Positions 23,241-35,203 of a DNA stretch of 64,000 bases are shown piece by piece. The stretch comes from Octopus bimaculoides (Eukaryota). Position 1 is the stretch's first letter; each line of letters starts with the position of its first letter. The stretch is from NCBI RefSeq assembly GCF_001194135.2, contig NC_068983.1, positions 135,760,531 through 135,824,530 on the forward strand, written 5' to 3'. The notes under the pieces are model-generated. The model worked only from the letters and a program-made list of their open reading frames with translations. It was not told where the DNA came from and ran no database searches. The translations under genes were made by a program, and so were the position numbers.

Positions 23241-24533
23241 CATTGTGTCATCCCATAAATAATGCGGTTTTTTTCAGTTGCATGAACTAAAAGTCAGAAG
23301 GGGACAGGATAAACTACCTGTATTAACTTGGTATAAAAGCATGTAGTAATTTTACCTTGTCCTCTTTCTTAGTGCAAGTTTTAAAGAATGCAGTTTGATT
23401 TTAATGGTTATTTTTCAAAGCTATAATGGAAGTGACAAAGGAGCATATTTGGCATATTTTGCTTTATGAGTTCAAAAAAGGCAACAAAGCAACAGAAAGT
23501 GTGAGGAATATTAATGCAGTATATAGGGCTCAAACGATAAGCATAAGCCAGTGTCAACAGTGATTCCAGAAATTCTGAGCTGGAAACTACAGCCTAGAAG
23601 GCGAGCCTTATCCTGGAAGATCTGTAGAGCTTGATGAGGACTTCCTGCAAATCCTGGTGGAACAAAATCCCATTGTAACTGTTGAGAAACTAGCAGAAAA
23701 GCTTGGATTTGGTCATTCAACCATTCATCAACACCTGCGTGCCATTGGAAAAGTCAACAAATTGGGTCAATGGGTTCTTCAGAAACTTCCTGAGTCTAAT
23801 CGCATGCAGAGAGTGAATGTGTGCTCTTCTTTGCTGTCATGTCTTTTGAATGAACCTTTTTTGGACTGAATAGTGACTGGTGACAAGACATGGGTTCTCT
23901 ATAAAAATGTCAAGTGCCGAAGACAGTGGGTAGAGAAAGGAGAAACACCAGTACCTAAGGCTAAAGAAGGTCTTCACTCACGTAAGGCGTTGTTATCTGT
24001 TTGGTAGGATATGAAAGGTTTAGTCCACTTTGAATTTTTAAACCTAAACCAAATAATAACAAAGGAGATGTACTGCGAGCAGCTTGAGCAGCTTTAGTCA
24101 GTGCTAGAAGAAAAATGACCGTCTTTGGTTTCAAGACGAAAGGTGTTCTTCCATTAGGATAATGCTCAGCCACATACAGCAAAGATGACATTCCAAAGGC
24201 TGGAGCAGTTTAAATGAGAAACGATGCCTCACCCACCATATTCGCCGGACATTGCCCCATTAGATTATCACTTATCCCACAGTCTTCAAAATCATTTGGA
24301 TGGAAAAAATATGAATTCTGCAGATGAGGTCAGAATAGTACTGGAGGAGTATTTTTCATCATGGACAAGTGAATTTTGGAAGAGGGGTTTTGCAAGTCTA
24401 CCACATAGATGGAAGAGCATTGTAGAAATTGAAGGAGAATATATTTTAGATTAAAAAAAGGAATTTGTTAATCTTAATTTTGAAAAATAAAAGAAGTATA
24501 AAAAAGCCACATTGTTTATGGGATGACACAATA
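23241..24533 (+). mobile_element. Full-length (1293 bp) mariner DD34D element with a dead transposase
   Basis: TIRs of about 30 bp (cattgtgtcatcccataaa...) flanked by TA. ORF 23426-24454 with IVTGD, DNA.PH and YSPDIAPLDY motifs, and 8 in-frame stops. Confidence 0.93.
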
Positions 24534-24899
24534 TATTGTACAACTTACTATTTTGGTTAATTTTCTTATCTATTAATTTTCTCATCATCATCATTATCAT
24601 CATCATCCATACCATCACCATTGTTTTAACATCTACTTTTCTTTCATGGGTCAGATGGAATTTGCTGAGGCATATTTTCTACATCTAGATTCTCCTCCTG
24701 TTGGCAGCCCTCACCTATTTCCAAGGAAGATAATATTTCCCACAACCAGACACAATTTTCACAGAGGAAATAAATGGAAATAACTGACATCACTTGTATG
24801 GTGACCCTTGTTTACAACTATCATGCAATATCATGACAACACATGTGTATACATGTGTTTGTGTGTACACATAAATATGTGTTGTGTGGTTTTAACAGT

Positions 24900-25245
24900 T
24901 ATTATTTTCATGTATAGATAGCTTCCATTACCTGGGTGACTAAGTTAGTAGCAGTGGAGGATGCTCTGAAAGTATAATTGCTTGAATAAGGACTGGTTGG
25001 GCAAACCTCAGAGATTTCTTACCTTTGTGGGTAACAAAGAGCCTCTCCCTCAGAGTGAAAGGCAGACTGTATGATGCCTGTGTATGGACATGTGAAAGCT
25101 TGAAAGCAATAAAGCCAGCATACTTTGCTGGATGTGGAATGTCAGTGTGCATGTACAACAGAGTGTAAATGTTTTGAGAGAAAAAATGAGTATAAGAGGC
25201 ATCAAATGTAATGTATAAGAGAAAATACTGTGCTGGTATAGTCAC
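24900..25245 (+). mobile_element. Degenerate RTE LINE ORF2 fragment
   Basis: DSFHYLGD...LSLRVKGRLYDACVWT, homologous to 13690-13860. Confidence 0.75.
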
Positions 25246-25272
25246 AAATATTCGCTAAATTTAGCTTCTAAT

Positions 25273-27100
25273 ATGGACAAATTGACAAATGTCAGCTATT
25301 TTGAAAATAGTTCTCCTCTAAAACTTTTATTTTATGGTAAATGTCTTGTATTGTTGTTTGAAGCAAATGTCAATGTTGACTTGAAACTTAAGCCATTGTT
25401 TGTTTTTGATATTTCAACAGTATTGAAAGGTGTTTCCAAATCTAATCTGCTAGTTATATGGAAATCTGGCAGAAAAGCTTGGGTTCTACAAGATTTGTGT
25501 ACTGAATGGCTCATTGAACATTAATGTCCAGCAAATCAAACTTTATGTTAAAAAGAATAATTTCAAGCTCAAGCATAAGTATGGGAGCAAAATTTTCCAA
25601 GGGGATGCAAACCCATGTGCAATCTAGGATGTTCAAAGTATTTTTATAACCCACACAAAATTTTAGGGGGTGTGCTTGCATCCCCTGTACCCATATTCCT
25701 GATCCTATGAAGTCAAGGCACTTTGGCTTTTGAATAATACTTCTGGTAATCTTTAGAATCTTTACTACCTCCAAACATACATATCTACTGAAATTAATTT
25801 GGTGATAGCAGCATGGAAGACATAAATTAGCCGTTCAGAAACACAAAGACTGTCAATTTCACTTAAACATTTATTTGTAATATGATGACAGCTTTTGTGT
25901 GTTTCTGGATGGCTAACTAATGTCTTCCACACTACAATCACTTTAGTTTCAGCACATGATCTTAGATCAAAACACTTACTATGTAGATACATCTCCACAA
26001 AATAACTTTCATTTCATCAAACACAACTTTACTATTACAGCCTATAGATCAAATAATTATTTCCATTTTTCAGGCATATTATCTTAGAAGAACTTTAAAG
26101 CAGTCACTAACAATAATTGATAATAAACATGAATCCATTCAAGAATTCTGGGAAATTCACATTATTTTGTGTTTGTATTTGGTTTGCAAGATTCGAGATG
26201 TGAAAAAGTCTGTTGAAAGAGATTTTGTTCTGTTTCAGTCAGGGATCATTATCCCATTAATAAATACATGCACTGGTTTCTATTTCACTTCTCTTTTTAT
26301 TATTATTATTATTAGTCAACTAGTTAACAATTTGGTGTCCCAAGTTTGAAAGTGCTTCGTTAAGAAAACAAGTGGCGTCTGCCAAATCAGAAAGATCCCA
26401 CTTGTTTAATTAATCACTCAAATAGGTTCATCAGGTTCCTTTCATCACTTTTCATGACTCTCAAGAGCATGTCATTGATGAGGTCATGAATGGCAATAAA
26501 AGGAATCTGATGAACTTAGCTAATCGGTTGACTGAACAATTAATCAAACAATCAATTAGTTAATAGAACCAGTTCATGTGTTTATTATTGGCATTATGAC
26601 CCTCCCAAACAAAATGCAAACAATAAAAAATATTAAAGATACCTTGAAAAAAGTTAAACTTATATGTTGTATTAGTGTTTGTAAAGAAATTGGGCCCAAA
26701 TGTATTTAAGAAAGATCATAAGATAGAAATGAAACAATCTCAACAATAGCTTCAAACAAAAAGCTCCAGTAATGGGATTTGAAGAAGTTGATCCAACTAG
26801 CATTCAGGATTTATTGCATCCTGAAAAGTGAAACCTTCACTAATGCAAATTTAATGACTTAACAAAACTGCAAAATAATAAAGATAATAAAGAAGAGAGT
26901 TCTTAATTGGATTTACCAACAGAGATCTGATCTAAAAGCCTTAGTGAAATAGTTTGTATTTTAGAACAGTTTTCAGAAAGTAAACCAAATTTTTAATGAA
27001 AAATGAAATGTAAAAGATCTCTAATAGAAGTCCTGAATTATTAGAGAATAACGTCTTACAAGTTAAATGTCATCACATTGTGATAGGTTGATATAAACTA
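25273..27100 (+). mobile_element. Fragmented Tigger/pogo-like transposase remnant
   Basis: Collinear pieces: ANVNVDLKLKPL...LLVIWKSGRKAWV...EW (25360-25520), NTT.LLQPIDQ.IISIFQAYYLRRT (about 26020-26095) and GFEEVD..IQDLL (about 26770-26820). All resemble Tigger DDE/C-terminal motifs. Confidence 0.6.
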
Positions 27101-27629
27101 ACATGTACACAAACAGATTGAATTCTTACAAGGAAGGTGATTTTTTCTAATGAATTACATGTAATATTGCTTAAAGGATATTTTGTATATATGCAGAAGT
27201 GTTTGGTAATTGCTCTGAATAGCAACAATGCAGAGATTGAGAAAGCTCTTTAAACTTGCTGATGACAAGGTAACCCTTATAGTGATGGTGCCATGAAAAT
27301 GCTCCTGGTACACTCTATAAAGAGTCAGGAAGGATATCCAACCATAGAAACTAAATATGCTAAATATGAGATTTTTGAGGAAGATGTTGTCCTTCAGCTC
27401 TTTGAATTCTGTTAAACATCCTACCAATACCAGCATGGAAATCAGACATAAGATAATGATGATGATGATGATGTAGAAACTTTGTAAACCTACTGTATTT
27501 TAAACAAGTGTATATTTCTTTCAATAATTAGAATAATTTATCTGTATAAAAACTTTTATCTTTTTCTGATAAAGTTTCTGATAATGAAATAAAAAAGTAG
27601 AACATATGTTTCATTAATTAAGACATTGG

Positions 27630-28310
27630 TATATGTATGCACATACACATGCACACGCACACACACGTGCACACACGCACACACACGCACACACACATAC
27701 ATGCACACACACACGTACACATACACATGTGCATGTGTGTTTATATAGACGTAAACATGTACACATAAATAACCAGACTTCTATAAGTCGATAGTAAGTG
27801 ATTTGGATTTGACAATAATCCCTAATCTTACCTGTAATCTAAAATCTAGGTCAAATCCCACTAATATGTCTGATGCTGATGTTGTTTGGTGCCAGTGAGG
27901 ATGCTGTGCACGACTGCTACCAGTCAACTGATAACATTGTTTACATTTTATCACTTACACAGACACAAATAGAAATCTATAGATATGCCAACATAAACAC
28001 ACACACACACACACACACATACACACACAGTCACACACACACACACACACAGTCACACACACACACAGTCACACACGCACACACACAGTCACACACACAC
28101 ACACACACATACACAATTATATAAATATGCAAATGCATGAACATTCACAAATGCCAATGCACACACATGCCAGTGCACACACACACACATACATTTTTAG
28201 ATACTTGCATGCAGAAATAAATGAAAGTATATGCACAAACTGGTGTAGATAAATATATATACTCAAACTGTCACTTACACACACACACACACACACACAG
28301 GTATATATAC
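27630..28310. repeat. CA-rich compound microsatellite clusters
   Basis: Direct inspection. Confidence 0.85.
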
Positions 28311-28627
28311 AGGTTAGTAATAAATATTGATTGCTATTCATTATCTACAGAGGTTAGATTCAGACCAAACGAAGAGGGCTGATTGTCTCATTATCCGTGT
28401 CTACAAAATTGTTTCCCTCAAACATGACTGATGCCAACAAAGTAAGTGAACATCTATTGTTCCTTCTTATAATTATCATTCAAGTCTTCATCCTCATCAC
28501 CATCATTATTGTCATCATCAACATAACCATTTACCCCATGCTCACAGAACTAGAAGTCTGGAAGTTTTATTAATTATTTATGGCCAAGTCTGGAAGTATT
28601 TAGTTTATAACATGTTTTTAGAAACAT

Positions 28628-28702
28628 ATATACGTATGTGTGTGTATACATACATACATACATACATACATACATACATACATACATACATAAGTACTTA
28701 CG

Positions 28703-28736
<34 letters not shown>

Positions 28737-28935
28737 CATACATAAGTACTTACGTACATTCATACATACATACATATTTATACATACAGTAACAAACATA
28801 CATGGTATGTATGTATCTATGTATGCATATATATTTGTACCATACATATGACGAGTGTGTGACTCTGTGTGTGTGTGTGTGTGTGTTTGTGTGTGTGTGT
28901 GCGTGTGTGCACGTGCACATGTGTGTGTGTGTAAA
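28628..28935. repeat. (TACA)n and (TG)n microsatellites
   Basis: Direct inspection. Confidence 0.9.
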
Positions 28936-29927
28936 TGTTGACATTCTATAGCTTCATTTATCACTATCTGAGTGATATGATGTTTACATTCCTTGTTAAC
29001 AATACAATTGATACCCCTGTCCTTTCAAAGATGATCAAAATAAAAAAAAATCCCTTACTTCAAAAACAGGTTTGGGTTGGTAACAAGAAAGGTATCAGCA
29101 ATAAAATGCTCCCTTAGATAATTCCCTGTCCAACTCATGTAAGTGTGGAAAGCTGGATGTTAAATGGATGAAAGAATAAATGATTGAATGAATGAACATA
29201 TAAACATCATTGATTATATATTTTTCCTGAAACAACTCAGCAATTTTCCAATGAATCTTTACCAAAACTTCCAGACATATCTAAAATCATCCCAGTATGA
29301 TGCATGAAGGCAAAAAAGGAGTTCAAAGGTCTCTGTGGGATAGTATTGGTACATTTCATAAGGTTCATGTTCAATCAGGCACTCAAACATACAGCACAAT
29401 ATGTACCTATGAGTTCAACAAACTATCTCTATGACAACAACAACTGTTGAGAGATTATATATGGATGCAGTCTTTCAATTTCTATATTTTTCAATAAACA
29501 TCCATTACAAACAAGTTAGATTGTATTCTTAATACTAAAAACTTAAGTTTAGGAAGTTAACATAAGTTAAGTTTGAGAAGAGGTGTGCACGCACACACAC
29601 ACACACACAAATATGTATATCGCCATTTAATGTCCTTGTTCCATGCTGGCATGGGTTGGATGGCTTGACAGAATTTGATGGGACCAAGGATTGTATTGTG
29701 TCCCAGAGTTTGTTTGGTGTAGTTTCAATGGTTGGATGTCCTACCTAATACCAGCTACTTTACTTAATGCTTTTTCATGTCACCAGTACTATTGAAGTTG
29801 CTATGCCACTTACAGGACTATGAACCCTGCATGGTGAAGGGGAGCTTTATGTTGGAAGAATAAGGAGGAGGGAGGAATAAACTATGAAATAAAGAGTCCC
29901 GAGTAGAACAGATACCTTGGTGTAGAG

Positions 29928-30194
29928 CAGTGGCTCTCAACTGGGATCAATATGGCTCTTGAAAGTCCATATGACCCATGGGGGTCCATATAAGATTTTG
30001 TTGTTAAAATTTATCTGCAATAAATTGGTTATATCTACAATTCACAAAATATTTTGGCAATTTTTTGTACAGTTCCTAATATTTAGTTACAAAAATATTA
30101 TAGGATTTTTTAGACATTGAATAGCTATGAAAGTCCAGCTGAGTAGAATAAGAATCATAGGAGTTCATAGATTAAAAATGGTTGAGAAACACTG
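29928..30194 (+). mobile_element. hAT (Charlie-like) MITE
   Basis: TIRs cagtggctctcaac / gttgagaaacactg with an 8-bp TSD gtgtagag/gtatagag. An inverted homologue lies at 34960. Confidence 0.8.
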
Positions 30195-30461
30195 GTATAG
30201 AGGAATAACATGTCTACAAGCATTTTAAAAATGAGTTGGGCGGGCAAGATGGATTTGGAAAGTGATGCAAGTGGTGATGTGCTATCAGAGTGGGCCTTCA
30301 AGGTACAGAGTGGGTAGGAATGGGTGGAGTAGGAATGCCAGGAGTGGGTGGGAAAAGTTGGAGATATCTGATAGCAGAATAGAAATGATGATACAAAGAA
30401 GAAGCAGTGGAGGATGAAGAAGTGACAGGTGCAATCTATGAGGAGAGTGAGACATATATAC

Positions 30462-30467
30462 AGTATA

Positions 30468-30534
<67 letters not shown>
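30462..30534. repeat. (AT)n microsatellite
   Basis: Direct inspection. Confidence 0.95.
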
Positions 30535-30537
<3 letters not shown>

Positions 30538-30829
30538 AAGGAATAGAAAAAATGGGACAAGAATGCAAAACATCCAGACAGATGATACAAAAGAGGGATA
30601 AGAAAAAACACGGATGGGTCATTCGAAGTTTTCTTTCCTCAGTCAAGTTCCAGATTATCTTTGCAATTTCAGCTGGTCAGACTCAAGATTGCTCCAATCT
30701 GGCCAGCCCCAAGGAAAAACTAAGCTAAGAGTATTAGATTCCTTGGAAGAAAGCAGTGATATATATATATATATATATATACATTATATACAGTATGCAT
30801 GTATGTATGTATGTATGTATAATACATTT

Positions 30830-31100
30830 GTAGTAACGCCTGCGCATGCGTAGAATTAAACAAGCAAGCGTCTCCCGCTCAATTCATTCTCTTTCTCACT
30901 GGCCAGCGATTGAGCATGGACGTGTGTTTAAAGCTGTCTCTACATCTTTCGGTCTTATACTCGACAGCTCGTTATTCTCACCTCTAAAGATGTATAACTA
31001 AAAGATTTGTATGTTTATCACCTAAATAAATGTTGTTTGAGTTGTTTAGTCTGGAGTTCAGCGTTCCGTCTATTTCTTAAATTTTATAGTAGAAAGTCAG
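30830..31100. promoter_or_regulatory. Candidate promoter: local CpG cluster with an NRF1/EWG-type motif TGCGCATGCG (30841-30850)
   Basis: About 12 CpG in about 240 bp, in otherwise CpG-poor DNA not recognised as a repeat. Lies between the two divergent genes. Confidence 0.4.
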
Positions 31101-31284
31101 GTATACAATCTAAAGATGTATAACCCACTTTCTACTAAACATTGTATATCTTTTTCAGCTATGATTGTTTCTAGTAATGAGTTGTTCATAAAATTATCAT
31201 CAGTAAAACTACATATTTATACCAAACTTTTATTGCCACTAATGTATTTAATAACTGAAGTATTATTCTTATAAATGATAATAC

Positions 31285-31464
31285 TATTGTATAAAAGATC
31301 ATGGGTAAGGCCAAAACAATGCAAAGTAAATGCAAGGTAAATTACAAGAAAACAAATATGTGAATTAATGTAGACTTACCTTGTATTCAATATTTGTTTT
31401 CTTATGATTTACCTTGCATTTACTTTGCATTGTTTTGGCCTTACCTACAATCTTTTATACAATA
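31285..31464. repeat. Inverted repeat: 75-bp arms (31285-31359, 31390-31464), 30-nt loop
   Basis: Hand alignment shows about 5 mismatches, all transitions. Confidence 0.9.
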
Positions 31465-32519
31465 TATTCTCCATAATGCTTCACAGTAATTATTCCATTA
31501 TAATAATACTATAGCAATTCATTACCATAAAATAATTTTAAATCCCATTTTATATGCTAATTTCAACAACTCAAATACACTTATAGAGTTTCTTACAAAG
31601 CAAATCAAGTATATTTGTTTTCTCAGTACTTCAACTGTTTCTTTATACTTCCAGTTACTATATCATGTTGTGTATACACAGTAAAATTCTCATACAGTTC
31701 ACTTGGTAATTCTGCTAAAGATGGCACATACCCACATATTTCTAAGAACATCAGATAGCTACAAATACAATTGTATCGAGAGATGATATAGGATATATTG
31801 CATTTATTTTATTCTGTTGCCTGGTTATGCTTCAAAATGTCTTGTCATCCATCACCTATATCAATATGCTTTGGCTAAGCAACTCAATGCCAGTCAGTTG
31901 AGCAGACATGTTTTTGGATGCAGTCAACATGTTCATATGTGTAGCAACAGTCTGAGGTCAACTTTGTCTTTTATCCTTTCAGGATTGATAAAATAAGTAT
32001 CAGTTGAACACTGGCATCAATGTAATCAAGTTACCCATTCCTCTAAAATTGCTGGCCTTGTGCCAAAATTTGAAATGTGAAGCCATTTGAAACCATGTTG
32101 CTAAATCATAGGCATAGCAACAATATTGTCTCAGCTATGAGTGTTATATCTTATTGTGGGACTCAATTGAGTTTAGTAAAACTATTGCTTAAAGTAGAGA
32201 GAGCAGAGAGAAATCTTGATCTTGAGCACATTTTATAAAAGAGGGAAAAGAATGAGTGGTATGATGTAGTGAAAAGGAGCAACTCTTCAGTTTAATCCAC
32301 AGTTTGGATTCAGAACAAAGTATTTTCCTTGAATGGATGATTGGTTTCTGTATCCTTTCATTGTTTCAGAATATCTGTCTTCTATTTGGGATAAAGATTT
32401 TTTTACATATTCATAAAGCTTTACTATAACATTTTTTTTTATATAATCACTATTATTTTTTAAAAACACTTTTGTAAATCTTTTTCTCAGAAATCGTTTT
32501 GTAGTTTTATTTAGAACAA

Positions 32520-34270
32520 TCAGTAAAGAATCTCGGCAGATGGTACAGAGACTTACTAAATAATAAGTAGCAAAGCAAAGAAACGCATGATTTAGTGGAA
32601 CAAGGACTAAAGGCAATTGACAGAACAACATTACTGGGGAAATTCAAATGTTGGATACTGCAATTTGGACTGTACCCAATGATAATGTAGCCATTGCAAA
32701 TGTATGAAATAGCCTCGAGTAGAGTAGAAAGGATGGAACAAAGATGCAGTGTGTTTATCAGAAAATGGCTGGGTCTTCCAAAACCACTTATTACAACTGC
32801 ACTATATGGAAAACCCTTGCTGCAACTACTGATAACATCAATTGCCAAAGAATATAAGGCAGGAAAGGCAAGGACAATAATGATGCTAAGGTATTCAAAA
32901 GATCAGAACATCCGAAATAACCCTTCAAAGGTATGAACAGGGAGGAAATGGAAAGCGGAAGAGATAGTAAACAGGGTGATCAGAAAGCTAAGGCATGCTG
33001 ATATAGTTGGAGCAATACAAGAAGCAAGAGCCGGTCTAGGGTTGTACAATTTCAAGCCATTTTGCATGAGCAGTGTAAAAGAGATGAAAGTGGCAGTGGT
33101 ACACGAAGTGAGTAAAGAGGAAGAAGAAAGGCAAAATGTACGTTTGGTGCAATGTAATGAACAAGGACAGTGCCTGAGATGGGAGGAATATGTAGTTAGT
33201 CACAGAATCTCATGGAAGGAACTTTGGGCTTGGGAACAAGCAAGAACGTCCTTTTTGATCAAGTCTACCTTCGATGTTTTACCTTCACCAACGAATTTAG
33301 TCTGGTGGAACATACAAACAACTGATGACTGTAGATGCAGAGAGAAAGCGACGGTGAGACATGTTCTGTCAAACTGCAGGCTAACACTAGACAGATATAC
33401 ATGCTGTCACAATCAAGTCCTCGATGTCATAAATGCAACACTCAAGGAGAAGATTAAGGGATATAACAGGGGAGAATACTCAAAAGTGGAAAAGTGTGGA
33501 AAAATATACTTCCAGAAGGTGAGAAAATGACATAAGGACAGGCCTTCAAATAAAATATACAAGACAGACGAAAGATGGAGGGGATACTGGGAGCTGGCTG
33601 CAGATTTGGAAAGACTGTTAATATTTCCATTCATAAAAACAACAAAAAGACCAGACTTAATCCTATAGAACACAGAATAGAAAATTGGAATTTTGCTAGA
33701 GCTGACAGTGCCATGGAAAGAGAATATTGCTAATGCAGAGCAACGGAAGGAGAAGAGGTATGAGAGATTAATTGAAGAATGCGAAGAACAGGGATGGACT
33801 GTCAAGTATTGCCACCTGGCAGTGGGGGCTAGAGGCTTCATTGAAAGGAAAAGTACGACATTATTTAAAAGAAGGTTTGCATTTTCAAGCTCAGAGTGAA
33901 AAACGTAATAAGGAGGAAACAGGTGGCAGTCGAAAAAGCCAGCTTCTATAAATGGCTGAATCGAGAAGACCCAAAATGGCTTGAAAGCCATAACATGCTG
34001 ACTGGGAAATAGTGTCACTAAGTGAGGCTGGCTGACACTTAAGCAGCATCGCTGATTGACAGGTGGGCTAAGGTAGTGATCTCATCCATAGCACACCCTC
34101 CATCTGGTTTGAAGGCTTGTACCACCAAACAGCTGGTCAGCTCTGACTGCTGGAACTGAAAATAACATGACACTGTTGAAAGGCAGGTTTAGAGAGGGCA
34201 CAGGCTAAAACTACGCGTGTCCTCCCCCTCCATTGGCCAGTTGAAGCTTACACAGTGTCATGTGATGGTT
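32520..34270 (+). mobile_element. HERO-clade (REL-endonuclease) non-LTR retrotransposon, 5'-truncated and decayed
   Basis: VKNLGRWY, GKFKCWILQFGL, RKWLGLP, STFDVLPSPTNL, CRC...HVLSNC...RYT..HNQVL, RPDLIL, ELTVPWKENI...RKEKRY, VGARGF. 3' boundary approximate. Confidence 0.8.
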
Positions 34271-34959
34271 AGCTGGTGCTGGCTGCTGGAGCCTACCAGC
34301 AAGTATTTAAAGGGATATTTGGCAGGATGGTCAGTCACCTGCTGACATTTGTTGACACTACATCAAAAAGACCAAAGAACAAAAGGAAAAAAGGAGAAAG
34401 AAGAAAAGCACTCAACACCAGAGGTGAAGACACCTCTGAAAGGCGGGGGGGGGGGCACCAAGTTGGAAATAGCAGAGTTGGGGCCGAAGTCAGACATAGT
34501 TCCTCCTGATGATGTCTTTAGCCACTGGATCTTATAAAGAAGCTGTTGAGGTAACAAACCACAAAACGTGGTTGGAATTCCTTTATTTTTGCAATCTTTT
34601 TCAGTATCTTTAAAGCAAATTACAAAATCCTTATTAATGTTATCAAGTTTTGAACATGAAATATTTTCACCAATTTCAAGTGAATTTTTACTGCACCTCA
34701 AATGCATCTCCATTTTTTTTTTTTCTTTCTGAAATGTGAATAACATTCTTCTGACAATGTAGAATTGTGCTTCTATACTACATCAATTTTGTTTTGTTAT
34801 GGGATTCATTATGTTGTTTCTGATATTTCCTTGATTGTTTTGTCTATTGTGAAGATTATGTGCAGTGTGAGTTATGTTATTGTGTGGGATGATGAGGGTT
34901 ATGTATATGTTGTAAGAGTTGTGTTATGAACTATAGTGTTAGATGGTGTTTATCTAGAG

Positions 34960-35203
34960 CAGTGTTTCTCAACCATTTTTTATCTGTGGACCCTTTGAGT
35001 CCTATTTTACTCAGATGGATCCTCATAACTTTTCAATGTTTAAAAAATCATATATTTTAAGAATTAAATATTATTTGAAATTGTAAAAAGAAAATTGTTA
35101 AAATTTTTTGTGAATTGTAAATTTTAACAACAAAATCTTATATGGACCGGCAAGGGCCATATGGACCTGCAAGGGCCATATGGACACCAGTTGAAAACCA
35201 TTG
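34960..35203 (-). mobile_element. hAT (Charlie-like) MITE, second copy
   Basis: TIRs cagtgtttctcaac / gttgaaaaccattg with an 8-bp TSD atctagag/atctcgag. Carries an internal tandem duplication of about 19 bp. Confidence 0.8.

Noticed and set aside
34363-34746. 127-aa minus-strand ORF next to the HERO element
   Set aside because: No recognisable motif or splice context; cannot be supported as a gene or as an ORF1.
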